A stretch of 62,666 nt of DNA, filler included, from Vannella sp. (Eukaryota), in assembly GCA_023345925.1 (NCBI GenBank). It is 7 parts of 7 records of this genome, joined end to end, with 100 filler letters (N's around TTAATTAATTAA, not from the genome) between each part and the next. Parts side by side here need not be neighbours in the genome. Positions count along the whole stretch, not along the records: positions 7,286 to 18,262 come from JAJQQN010000510.1; positions 18,363 to 26,809 come from JAJQQN010000588.1; 5 more parts are not named here. The stretch is one strand, 5' to 3'. The translations under genes and the position numbers were made by a program. This document shows positions 11,332 to 22,605 of this stretch, piece by piece (the stretch's first letter is position 1; each line of letters opens with the position of its first letter). The notes below the pieces were generated by a model. That model was not told where the DNA came from and did not search any database. It saw nothing but the letters and a program-made list of their open reading frames with translations.

Positions 11332-12829
11332 ATGGTTTTCGAGTCTCTGTTGGCAACAGCGATTGCTTTGTGTGGGGAGGGAGCTAAAGCAAGGGATTAC
11401 ACGTCGGTGGTGGATTCACTGAAGCGTGCAGAGTGGCAAGAGGTGCTCCAAAGTCGAGAGACTCTCGATTATCTCCTGCTTACACGAGCAGATGTTCAAC
11501 AATGCACTCTAGTCTTCGTGTGTCTACTGTACGTCACTCTAGCGAATACATGGTGTACTTATTGAAGCGTGTTACTGCAGACATGCGAGACTGTCCACCG
11601 CAGAGAGCAGGCCAGAGAGTTTCCTTCAACAGACGGAACGAATCTTCCTCGGATCGCCCATCCGGAAGCATCTGCGCGTTGTCTCTGGAAAAGGTAAGCT
11701 AAGAAAAAGCCTCTACGTCTCTTCTAATGCGCTTGCGGAAGTAAGGGACATCTGCGCTGAGTATGCGCGCCTCCACATCCTTCGGAACACTCCTTTTACC
11801 GCCATCCGGTGCCTGCAACGCTCCATTGATCTTTGTAGGAGCTCACCAGAGCAACTGATGGGAATGCACATGCACCTGATCAAAGTGTGCCTTTCTGCGA
11901 AGGCGTATCACTTGGCGGTGGCCCACTTGGATGCTGACTTGTTCGAAGTTGACCCCCGTAGTGTCACACCAGCTGACTATATGTCATTCTACTACTACGG
12001 AGGGATGGTTTACTTGGGCCTGAAGAACTTTGCCCGCGCTTTGCACTTCTTCCGAATGGTGAGTCGAGAAAGACTGATTCTTCCCCGTTCGCGCTCTTTC
12101 CGCTCTCTTCTTCTCTTCTTCGTGTCTGTTTGTGACTGACCATGAGAAGGTGTTTGCAATTCCAGCTGTCACTCCCAGCTGCATCATGCTGGAGGCATAT
12201 AAGAAGTATATTCTGACTTCTTTGATCTTACATGGCCATGTGGCACCCTTCCCCTCTTCTCTCGAGGGCTCTATCAAACGCCAGTTATCCAATGCAGCTC
12301 CTAAGTATGCCGAACTTGCTTTGCCATCCACCGAGCCCCACCAGATCAAACTCATTGTCGAATCAAACGCTGGTGTGTTCTCTTCTGACCGCAACCATGG
12401 TTTAGCCCGACAAGCCATACAATCAGTAGCTGACCAGGCTGTTATGGGACTCACCAAGTGCTATGTCACTTTGTCTTTGGCCGATATGGCCACTCAACTT
12501 CAACTGGATTCGCCTGAGGCAGCTGAAAATCAGCTCCTCCGTATGATAGAGTCAGGGAAGATTAATGCTGTGATTCACGGGGACAAAGGTACGGTCAAGG
12601 CCCTCCCATTCTCTCCCAAAAGTCACAGAAAGGTTGACAATATCACTTAGGTGTTGTCCACTTTGGGGACGCGCGTGGGCCTCCTCCGTCACACCAGACA
12701 GAGATGCATCAGAACATCCAAAAGTCCATGCAATTGTCAAGAAGAGTGCAAACTCTCAAGGCCAACGTGAGTACCAGCAAAGCCTATTTACTCAAAAAGG
12801 GGCAAACCAACGGCTCTGATTGGGCATAA
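11332..12829 (+). CDS. COPS3: COP9 signalosome subunit 3 (multi-exon)
   Basis: YMSFYYYGGMVYLGLKNFARALHFF, SCIMLEAYKKYILTSLILHG, DRNHGLARQ and PCI domain LTKCYVTLSLADMA. Confidence 0.9.
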
Positions 12830-13626
12830 ACTCTCGCCCTCTGCCTCTGACTTGGCTGTGGGGAAGCACAAATACTCTCTTTCTTTGAGTAAAGGCCTTT
12901 ACTAATGCGCTGGCCCTCTCTAAGACCATTTGTGGGAATGCTGGCGGGCTGGGGGGTGGAGGAGCAGCTTGAGGTGGGGCGATTGTGCTTGGTAGTGGCT
13001 CTGACAGGTACAAAGGAATGCATATTAGAGAGAGGAAGGATTTGGGAGGATCTTCAGGCTATGAGTAGCCGGTTGGGCGTCGAAACAGCCCCGAAAGGAA
13101 ACTCTTACGAAGAGCTGGCGATTGTGGAGACCTCGTTCGTAAGGCACTCATTCCTTGACAGGGAGGGTGATACATTATTGAATCGATCTACAGAAAGTAG
13201 CTCTCAGAGCTCTATACCACTCTACCGAAGAGAGTCTTTGCCATATTGACAGCCGCGCGAGAGTGGCGGTGAAGTTCTTCCACCAAACGGGGAGAAGCAC
13301 ACTTTTGGTGGGTACCTTTCTCCGTTACAAGGTTTAGAGAAGACAAATGTACTGACAAAGGACCTTCCTGATGCTCCAGGAGGCAGATTCCCGAAGGGTC
13401 CCAAGACTTTTCGACTCCCTCCTCCTTTGCCGAGACAAGCTGAGATCATTAAGGAGCCTCAATGTATTTATGATCGAGATTCTTCTTTCCATTCGTCTTA
13501 CAGAGAGGATAGGAACAGAAGAGGCTCCTCCTTTACAAAGATTTCCATTCCCAAAGTGCTTCAGCTCTGGACAGACACTTTGAAGCTTCCAGTACTCCTG
13601 AAGAAGAGCTAAAGCATCCGAGCGCA

Positions 13627-15243
13627 GTGAAAGATAGCTCCCCTCTCCACCAGAAGGATGAATGGAGAATGGGCTCTCTCCAGTTACTTGTCAGTTGGAT
13701 GCAGAAAAGGGCCGAAAAGCAGAACAACGTTTTAGTTTATGAAGAGGGAGAAGTCATCAAACTCATGCAGTCCCTTCAAACAGGGCTGATTCCGGATTCC
13801 ACCTCACCTGCAGCTGCTTTCGCAACATTCAGGAGGCTTTGTGCCTCTTTTCCTCTTTCATCTTCCCACCCAAATCCATACTCACTGTCTCTCTTGTCTG
13901 GCCAGGAAATGGTCTCTAGAATGTGCGGGGAGCTCAGAGAGTGTCTTTCTGTTCCTTTAGGAGAGGAGGGAGCTGTTAAGGCCCTTTTTGAAATGTGTCT
14001 TAAACCAATGGCGATTATTCCTGAACCAACAGAGATCAGGGAATCGCCTACACCGCCCAAACAACTCCCATCCTCATCAATTCAATCTCACCTTTTCTTC
14101 CAGCCCGAGAGAGCAACAGCTCTCTCAATTCCTTCAGTCTTTGAGATTGTCGATTTATTTCCTTGGTTGGATGAAGCACTCCTCTTGAGCGAGGCCTGCA
14201 CCAAGCAGAGCGACCAAGATTGTCTGGAAATACTCTCTTCTGTCTTGCGCCGAATAGTCAATTACTCCAAATCGCTCTTTCCATCTCTCCTGAAGCTTTG
14301 CCGGATACTATCATCTCGTAAATCTCGTGAAAGCACAATAGAGAGCGCCAAGAAACTCCAAATCCTCATTCAACAACTTCTTCAGCTTCATTCCCGCCGC
14401 CCATTCAGCTGGGATCTCCTCACCTCTTGCACCAACGAGATGGCTATAACGCTATTCCATATCTTTGTTTCCCTCTCCGTTGCGCGGATCGAGCATTTCG
14501 ATGAGGTGGCCGAAAACTGCATTCAAATGGTCACAGATTCTCCCCAAGGCTTTGACCTTCTCCTCCTAAAGGTGAGCCTGATCTCCTTCCATTACATTTC
14601 AAGAGAACTTACACCGTTGCAGTTCACTTGCTTGTGCCGCCGCACAGAATTGGAAGCTTCACATTGTCCCGAGTACCTTTCTCAGTTAGGTGAGCTAGAA
14701 AACTTGGCTTTACTTTATATGGGTCAATCAGTCCGCCAAAGAACCGCTGACCTCAAACTTCAAGTGAAGGTTCGAAGCGCAATTAGTGAATTGAGTAACG
14801 CTCCGATTGTCCGTCGTCACCTCGCTTCATTTGTCTCTGAAATGCCCTCTTCTGAACTAGCCCAAGAGAAAGCAATGGTTTACTCATTGGTACAATCTGT
14901 GGATTCCTCCCAGAACTCCATTGGCCAAGCCATTCAAAAGGTTCTCTCACAAAGTCACGAGGAACCATTTCTCCTCTTTTCAGAGAACTATTCGCTCTGT
15001 AAGCCAGTATCAGACGCAATTCATGCTCTTAGGATTCATTCAAATCGTGCCTCAGGTGGAAGAGAGCAACCAGACTTGTCCGTCAGTTTGGCAGCCAAGT
15101 CAGCATTGGAGTGGAGTGAGTTGGTTTGGAAGCTCAGTTGGCTGTTCCTTTCATTGAACATACCTCGGCCATCCATAATGAATCTGCCTTGCCTATGTGA
15201 AAACCTCCTCCGCCAAGAAGGCCAATTGAAGCTCCGACACTGA
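13627..15243 (+). CDS. Hypothetical Leu/Ser-rich alpha-helical protein; probably has upstream exons from about 12938
   Basis: 538-codon open frame; no recognisable motif. Confidence 0.55.
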   Translation: MKDSSPLHQKDEWRMGSLQLLVSWMQKRAEKQNNVLVYEEGEVIKLMQSLQTGLIPDSTSPAAAFATFRRLCASFPLSSSHPNPYSLSLLSGQEMVSRMCGELRECLSVPLGEEGAVKALFEMCLKPMAIIPEPTEIRESPTPPKQLPSSSIQSHLFFQPERATALSIPSVFEIVDLFPWLDEALLLSEACTKQSDQDCLEILSSVLRRIVNYSKSLFPSLLKLCRILSSRKSRESTIESAKKLQILIQQLLQLHSRRPFSWDLLTSCTNEMAITLFHIFVSLSVARIEHFDEVAENCIQMVTDSPQGFDLLLLKVSLISFHYISRELTPLQFTCLCRRTELEASHCPEYLSQLGELENLALLYMGQSVRQRTADLKLQVKVRSAISELSNAPIVRRHLASFVSEMPSSELAQEKAMVYSLVQSVDSSQNSIGQAIQKVLSQSHEEPFLLFSENYSLCKPVSDAIHALRIHSNRASGGREQPDLSVSLAAKSALEWSELVWKLSWLFLSLNIPRPSIMNLPCLCENLLRQEGQLKLRH

Positions 15244-15597
15244 ATTTTCGTGAATTCTACCTCTCCTGTCCCTCCAGCTCACCGCCCTTAACACTCGCAG
15301 ATTACGAAAACCATGAACTGAACTCAAGCATACTCTATCTTCGCAAGACTTGGAATGGCCACAAGATAGAATAACATGTAATCCACTATTCTCATGCACA
15401 CGCGCAGGAAACCCGTTAAAATAGCTCAGAGACAATCCAGGGTGTTTCGTTTCGTCGCTAATATGATATACAACATTCTTTGTACTCTCAATCAAGTCCC
15501 AGTCAAACAGGGACAAAGATCACAGAAAGTCAAACCGGAGAAGCGCTCCGGAGAAAACGAAAGACTTGTCTCCCTCATTTCCTTCCTGGCCTTGCCC

Positions 15598-16989
15598 ATG
15601 CAGCGTGAGTGGAGCGGGGTTGTGTGTGGCTTGCTTGTTGTGTTGGCAATGTTGTCGAATGGAGTTCTGGCGACCAGTAAGTTCGAGCATTCTTCCGTTG
15701 GTTTGCTGAGACTCCTCCAACGTAGAGACTGCCATTGCTGTTATGCAGTCAACCAACAGTACAACCAGCACCATTGTTGGATCGGTTACCTTCACTCAAG
15801 TGGCCAGCGGGGTAACGCTTTCCCCCTCCCCGCCGCTCTCATCTCATCACGGTACTGGTGTTCTTGATCGCAGGTTGTAGTACTCGTCCAGCTATCTGGG
15901 CTACCTACTGATGGAGAGCTTGGTCTCCACGTCCACACTGTAAGATCTTCTCGCTTTCCCCTTCATGGATCATCCTTCTTCCGCTTTGGCGTTCTCGTGT
16001 TCTTTGGAGCCTCACCCTATCTAGTATGGAGATCTTACGAACGATGATGGAACCTCTTTCGGTCCTCATTGGGTTGGTTCTGGCACGCAAAACCACGGAT
16101 GCCCTCCTTCTTCCAACCGCCACGAGGGTGATATGGTTCGTTCCTTGCCAGGCCTCCAAATCGGCTCCACGCTGATGTGATACAGGGCTCCTGGACTGTC
16201 CTGAATGGAGTGATCTCCCAAAAGAAAACCTTGGACTTGCTCATTCTGAACGGCAGGAACTCCATTCTCGGTCGCGGTGTCATCTTGCACAGCATTCCAG
16301 ACCCTTGTGATTCTGTAGGTCTCTCTTGTTAGGCCATCCGTGGCACGTTCCTCCGTTCTCACACAAAGTAGTCCTCTCCTGGAGCTCGCATTGCCATGGG
16401 TGTCATTGGATTGACTCAAGATGCCAACAACACGGCTTCCCAAGGTGTGAATCCCAGAAAACTGATCTGCCGCCTTCAGCCAACGACCAACTGCCTGGGC
16501 TGCTCCGGTTTTGTGTACTTTGAAGAGCTGCGCTCCTCTGCCCGTGTCACTGCTCAGATCTCTGGCCTTGTGAACAACACAGTGCATGGCATTCATATTC
16601 ACCAGTTTGGGGACATCTCCGATCCCACTGGAGCGTCCTTGGGACCTCACTTGAACCCCACCGGCAGCCTCCATGGTCTGCCACCCACCATTCAACGCCA
16701 TCTGGGCGATATGGGGAACGTGCAGAGCTTTGACGATAACGGTATCGCTTGGTATCAGTACGATAACAAGATGTTCCGCTCTACCGCTCAGCTGGTTGGC
16801 CACGGTGTGGTGTTGCACCAAGACTTGGACCACGGTTCCGGTCAAAACTGTGACACTGCCACCGGCAGTGCTGGTAGCCGCTTCGCCACTTGCGTGATTG
16901 GAGTAGCAGAAGATGACATCGTTGTTCCCGTGCCCACAGTCACCATCAACAACAAGTTCGTGAACGTCCCTTGCCCTCCCAGCCAGTAA
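15598..16989 (+). CDS. Secreted Cu/Zn superoxide dismutase with two tandem SOD domains (multi-exon)
   Basis: Signal-peptide-like N-terminus. Domain 1 (spliced): GLHVH, GPHW, NHG, RHEGDMG, ILGRGVILH. Domain 2: GIHIHQFGD, GPHLNP, LHG, RHLGDMGN, GHGVVLH. Confidence 0.85.
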
Positions 16990-17117
16990 AGAGGCCACCA
17001 TCGCCTTATGACTTGCTCCTGCCTTTCCTTTTCATGGAGAGAAGCTGTCTGTAGACAAGGAGGGATCGAAAGCAGGCCACATTCATCATTAGTGTGAGCA
17101 GCGGGAGGAAGGCGAAG

Positions 17118-17753
17118 ATGCCCCAGTTCATCACGGAGAAGGAGATCTTCGAGAACAGGGAGCGTTTCGGGGGAGGAGCAGTGACTGGAGAGGACGAACA
17201 CTATGATCCACGTCCTCTGTTTGAGAAGATGAGGGAAAAGCGCGAGCTGGAAGAGGAGCAACTTCGCGATCGACTTCGCCCGAAGCCTCCCAAAGCCCTC
17301 GATGCGGAAGAGTACGAGTTTTTGCAAGATCAAGAGGAAGCTCAGACTCGTAAGGAGCAGCGTATCCTCTCAGAGGACGAGGAGCTGCTCCGCACCTTCC
17401 ACAAAGAGCAGAACCGCTTGTCCCAAGCTTCCCAAGCCGCAATCAGCCTTCCTACTCCCACTGCCACCCCAACTTCAATAGATATCACGACGAGTATCAT
17501 CAGCCATCGCCCTCGCGTTCCCACAAAGCTCCTTGGGAAGAAGAAGCGCGAACTGTTACCTTCCCTCCGAGCCATTCATAAGACCGATCACTCCGCCCCT
17601 TCTACTCCACCGAAGACTGACCCAGGCAGCAAACAACCTATTCCGTTCCCTCAGCAAAGCCCTGTACACCCTTGCACAACCGCTATTCCCCCCTCTCACG
17701 ACGAAGGAAGCTCGGAAGCCCTTTTGGGGCTGTTAGGAGCCTACTCTGACTAA
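17118..17753 (+). CDS. FAM192A: FAM192A/PSME3IP1 (NIP30/Fyv6) family protein
   Basis: YDPRPLFEKM...KPPKALDAEEYEFL N-terminal signature; ends LLGAYSD. Confidence 0.8.
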   Translation: MPQFITEKEIFENRERFGGGAVTGEDEHYDPRPLFEKMREKRELEEEQLRDRLRPKPPKALDAEEYEFLQDQEEAQTRKEQRILSEDEELLRTFHKEQNRLSQASQAAISLPTPTATPTSIDITTSIISHRPRVPTKLLGKKKRELLPSLRAIHKTDHSAPSTPPKTDPGSKQPIPFPQQSPVHPCTTAIPPSHDEGSSEALLGLLGAYSD

Positions 17754-18262
17754 TAGAAGGATCTCCTCCATTCATTCGATGGTAGCCAACAGAGGAAGGA
17801 GGCCTCTTCCTCTTCCTCTTTCACCTCGAGGGCCAAGGCCAACGCTCCGAAGATGCGGAAGTGCGCCAAAGGAAGCGGGCACTCTTCAATGTGAGTGCGT
17901 GAGAGACATCGGGGCTGGACAGGACAATGCGCGGGAGTGGGTTTGGCGTGTGATTGAGTCCGACATCACGTCTCCAAGCACGCTCGGCTCCGTTTCTGGG
18001 AAAGAGGCAGTGAGAGGGGCCTCATGGATGGGAAGCAGAAGCAACTTGTGTCTCTCACACTGTGAGTCTGCGTTTTCTGATGGCTTCCTTGAATCTTCCC
18101 CTTGAGGCTCTAACTCTGAACTTTCTCTTCCAACGATCAAGGAAGCGAACCTCCAACGTTCCAGTCCTGACCCGTCCCCCTAAACTCGAGGCACGACAAA
18201 AGGAAGCAACCATCAGGCTGCTCCAGGCGAAGCCCTCCGCCAGCAAGGCAGATATTGAGCGA

Positions 18263-18362
18263 NNNNNNNNNNNNNNNNNNNNNNNNNNNNNNNNNNNNNN
18301 NNNNNNTTAATTAATTAANNNNNNNNNNNNNNNNNNNNNNNNNNNNNNNNNNNNNNNNNNNN
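18263..18362. other. Artificial contig-join spacer
   Basis: N44-TTAATTAATTAA-N44. Confidence 0.98.
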
Positions 18363-18627
18363 CTCCCAAAATTTTGGGGAGGGGAAATGACAGGTCCGAG
18401 AAGAATATTGGTCCAAAACATATTAATATAAAAGAAAAAAGGATGAAAAATCAGCCCAAAAGCTTGTCCTTTGAATATTCTCATGGATGAGGTATTACGT
18501 AAGAGGTATTACGTAAACTAACCATAGATCGGTGGCAATTTCTGTATCTAACCATGATCGCCTCAAAAAGAAGAACAAATTTAGAGAATATCAAAATGAA
18601 AAAGATGGATTTGGATGTCATTGTTTG

Positions 18628-21600
18628 ATGAGTGGTTGGAGTGACTCATACACGGACTCGTCCTACAATACCTCGTATGATACGGGCTCGTATGGTTCGG
18701 GATTTGGTGGGGCAAGTACCCTACAAGCGCCTTCGTATGAGACCTTTCTTCCGAATGCCGGACCAGCGCCTGGATCTTTAGTAGGAGCTCAAGGGGGTCA
18801 ACTAGACCCTGCCGACGCGTATTATCAGAACGCAGTGAGTGTTCCTTCGGCTCCTGCTGCTATGTATCATGAAAATCAACCGACCTTTCAACGTCCGCCT
18901 GCTGCAGCTCACCCAACAGCTCCTAAACCAAGCTTTGGAGCTTCCGGGTTCATCGAGGGAATGGAACAGTCTCAATGGCAGAACCGCGACAACGCTACCA
19001 ACTGCAGTCTATGTGAAGCACCCTTCTCTACTCTCTCCAAGCGCAAGGTACGTCTTCCAGTCCCTTAAACCTTCTCCCAGCTATTCGCGACTCACACGCA
19101 CCCGTTTCCAGCACAATTGCAGAGGTAGGAAGCATTCTGACAGTGCTTAACAGAGTACTAATGATCTTTATAGTGTGTGGAAAGGTCTTCTGTGGCAACT
19201 GCTCAGCAGATAAGCTTAATGTCGCGCACAAAGGCAGCGAACGAGTTTGCTTCCTGTGCTTCTCTACGCACTCTTCCTTGACCACAGACGAACAGAGTTA
19301 GTTAGAAGGGGCTCCCTTTATAGTCTCTTACGTGAACAGAGGTGGCCAACTCGATCTGCCAAGACTTAGGAGAGTATCCTGTTCTCCAGGCAATGGTCTT
19401 CCGTAAGAAGGCTAGTCGGACCAGCAACGACCACCACCACGCCATTCTTTTGGTGTCTCGTTATCAGATTATCGCTCTAAAGCGGAGCTCGCCCAAGTCT
19501 GGTCCTAAACAGCTCTACCTGATCGATATCAGCCGCATCTCGATGCCCTGTGAAGGCCGGGTACGGGCTCTTTGGCTCACTTTGGTTATGCTTACTCTTC
19601 TCTAGCTTATCATAGAGTTTGGAAAGCAAACGGGAACTCCCATTGTCGAGCAGTACGACACACACAAGGCTCCCGAGATTCTCTTGACTATCCGCATGCA
19701 GCACGCTTCTATCTGTATTGGCATGCCTCCTCACTGTCAGCTACAAGTGGATGCACCTCCTGAATGGTAAGAGCTACCCGATTGTCCCCTGCTGGACTAA
19801 TTAGAGCGTGTAGGCTCCTGCCTATGAAGGATCTCCCCACTGTTGGTGCTGCAGGAGGGTTCATTGAAGCCTATAGGGTCTGGTGCAACTTCTACGGGAT
19901 CCAGGCTTCTGAAGAACTCATCCAGTACATCACTGACTCTTTGGAGCGAACTCCCTTCATCCTAGACTTGTCGTACTGCCCTGGAATTGAGCCTGGTACT
20001 AACATTACCTTCGAACTTAAGCCAGTCTTCATGGCTCTGCGCTTCAACACCTATTTCCTGGGACTCAGGCTCTGTGATGTCGCATCAAAGGGCGCGATGG
20101 AGCTTCTTGTGCCCTGCTTGAAGAGCAATCGCGTTCTGACTCGCCTACATCTTTGCAATCTGCAAAGTAAGTACCTCTGGTAGACTCACTTGAACAAGTC
20201 ACTTACTAGAATGTGAATAGCCACTCATTTGACTCTAATTGGGAGTGCTTTGGCTGAGAACGGGCCAAATGCCTTGCAGGAATTGGACTTTTCTGAAACC
20301 AAGATAAGTGAAAAGGCTTCCCGCGCTTTGGCACTGGCCATGGTCGTGAAAGACTACGGTATCCGTTCATTTAGCATGGCCAAGTGCGAGTTGAATGCCC
20401 GAAGCATCGCCATTATTATCCGAGAAGGGTTCCTGCCAAGTCCAGAGGTGACTATCATGCTAGAAGAGCTTGATCTCTCTGATAACAAGTTCGACGACGA
20501 ATCCTCGCTGCTCCTTCAGGTGTGGGCCTCAAAGGTTGCTCGCCGAGGGCAATTGCGGAAGCTGAACTTGGCTCGCACCGGTGCAAACCTTGGGATTGTC
20601 TTCTCAGCTCTTGAAGGACTGACTTACTTGGAGGAATTGAACGTTTCTGGATGTCTGATTGACCTGGACTGCGCTCAAATTCTCGCCAAAGTCATCAGCG
20701 AATCGACATGCTTTAAGTCATTGAATGTTTCCAACTGTTCAATGACACCTACTTGCATCAGTGTTGTGACTGCCTCTGTTATCAAGAACAAGAATCTGTC
20801 CGAATGTCGACTTAACTTTGGAGGCAACTTGCTGGATGATGGCTCTATTGGCCTCTTCTTAGGCGCGTTAATGCCTTCTCGCGTTCTGCACACGTTAGAC
20901 CTTTCTGGCTTGCACTTGGGGGAGGTGGCGATGCTCAAACTCTTTGATTTGATCGTAACCAACTGCACCTCCCTCAAAGAGCTCATTCTTGCTGACTTCT
21001 TTGACGCCATCAGCGGCCACATCCCAGGCGCTCGTGTTGGCCACGCACTGGCCGATCTCATCCTCCAAGTGCCCTCCATCCAAAAGCTCGATCTCTCCAT
21101 GCACAAAGCCACTTCCTACTTTGGGACGGGCGGCCCTATCGACGTCCTTGTCCCGTTCATTCAAAGAATGCAACGGAACGAGACCCTTCTTGAACTTGTC
21201 CTAGAAGGCAACCGCTTGGCGGACAAGCTGGCAGTTGATGTGGCAGAGATGCTCCGATGCAACACAAAGCTCATTAGTTTGAATGTCGACAACAACAAGA
21301 TCACTTTGACTGGCTTCCAAGCGTTGGAGTACGCCCTGCACCGCAATAGAACCCTTCAGAAGTTCACTTATCCTACGAAGGATGTGAGCCGCTGTGTCAA
21401 GTCCGGCATGTCGACCGAGAAGCTCGCCGTTCTCTTTTCCATTCTTACGAACGTGCAGTTGGCAACTAACCTCAACCAAGGGGAGGGCTTACACCCTTAC
21501 TTGAAGGCACAACAAGTGGACCCAGATCCGCCCCGTTCTGGTCCAATCCTCACCTTTGAGGACCAAGCGGCTGCTCCCGAGGCTGCCTTCCACGCGATCG

Positions 21601-22031
21601 ACCCTCCTGCAGTGGAAGCCAGCAATGAGCCATACTGGGATGGTTCAGAAGCTCCCTATGAGCAGGAGGAAGCTCCCTATGATCAAGATCAGTACTCTTC
21701 AGGCCAGAACTTCTCTCAAGGCACTCCCGAGCAGTACTTTGGTGAGCAAGCGTCTTACAACGACACAAGCAACTACCAGCAGTCGGGTAGCTACCATCAA
21801 GCAGACAACTTCCATCAAGGGGCTGCAGAGCCATACTTTGGAGAGGTGCAACCTTCCTATGGCAATAGCTCCCAGCAGGGAGTGAGTACAGGCGATTGGT
21901 CTTCGTTGTCATATCAACAACAACAACCACCTGCGGGAGGAAACAGTGATATCTTCAATACGCTCGCCTCTGTCCTCCAGAACGACTCGAACTCGTACGA
22001 CAACTCCGGTTATGGTGGGGGCGCTTGGTAG
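18628..22031 (+). CDS. FYVE domain + CARMIL-type PH/linker/LRR protein (multi-exon)
   Basis: Spliced FYVE WQNRDNATNCSLC..F..KRKHNCRVCGKVFCGNC...RVCFLC; CARMIL-like linker GGFIEAYRVWCNFYG and MALRFNTYF; RI-type LRRs; Tyr/Gln/Ser-rich tail. Confidence 0.75.
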
Positions 22032-22189
22032 CCCTTCTCTGTCCTCTTCCCTTTGCTATATCATCCACATACAGTACATTTATGAAGGCTGATGCGTTGT
22101 GGGAGGGCTACTCTTTGTGTTTCACTCGTTTGGCGGTCGGTTGGTCCCCTCCACGTCGGTGTCAGGCGAAGAGAATGGGTTGCTCTTCT

Positions 22190-22441
22190 TCAAGAGAGCT
22201 CACCTGTTGGGCGCTGGTTGACGGTCTGCTCTTGAATGAGCTGAGAGAGAAAGTGGTTCGACTGAGTCTGAACAGACTCCAGTTGCGAGAGTAATTCCTT
22301 CAGTGGGCCTTCCGGATGATCTCTTGTCACTTCTACCGGCTTTGCTCCAGTCAGGTCATGCTCGCTCAACGTTTCTTGCGAAAACACTGTCTTCTGCCCC
22401 TTCAGGACAAGCAAACAGCGCACAACAGTCTCTGGCCCCGC
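22190..22441 (-). CDS. Small hypothetical protein (3' end may be spliced)
   Basis: ATG-initiated ORF with an amphipathic helix (LKELLSQLESVQTQSNHFLSQLI) and a possible GTGAG donor near its end. Confidence 0.35.
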   Translation of the reverse strand, partial: AGPETVVRCLLVLKGQKTVFSQETLSEHDLTGAKPVEVTRDHPEGPLKELLSQLESVQTQSNHFLSQLIQEQTVNQRPTGELS

Positions 22442-22605
22442 CATCAAGAGCTCCAACCCTTGAAGAAATGAATAACCTTGCGGAATTCCAATTTCATCGG
22501 CTTTCTTGCTAGTAAATGAACAAATGGGCTGAAATTAATGTTGATCGTCGCTGATTGGTTCTCCTCCCCCAATGGGTGTGAAGGAGAACACTTCTCCAAC
22601 CAACC

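Noticed and set aside
16066..17001. 311-aa antisense ORF over the SOD gene
   Set aside because: No motifs; explained by codon bias of the sense gene
22190..22456. GON7 (KEOPS) assignment for the small ORF
   Set aside because: Only vague helical similarity, and no splice gave a convincing C-terminus
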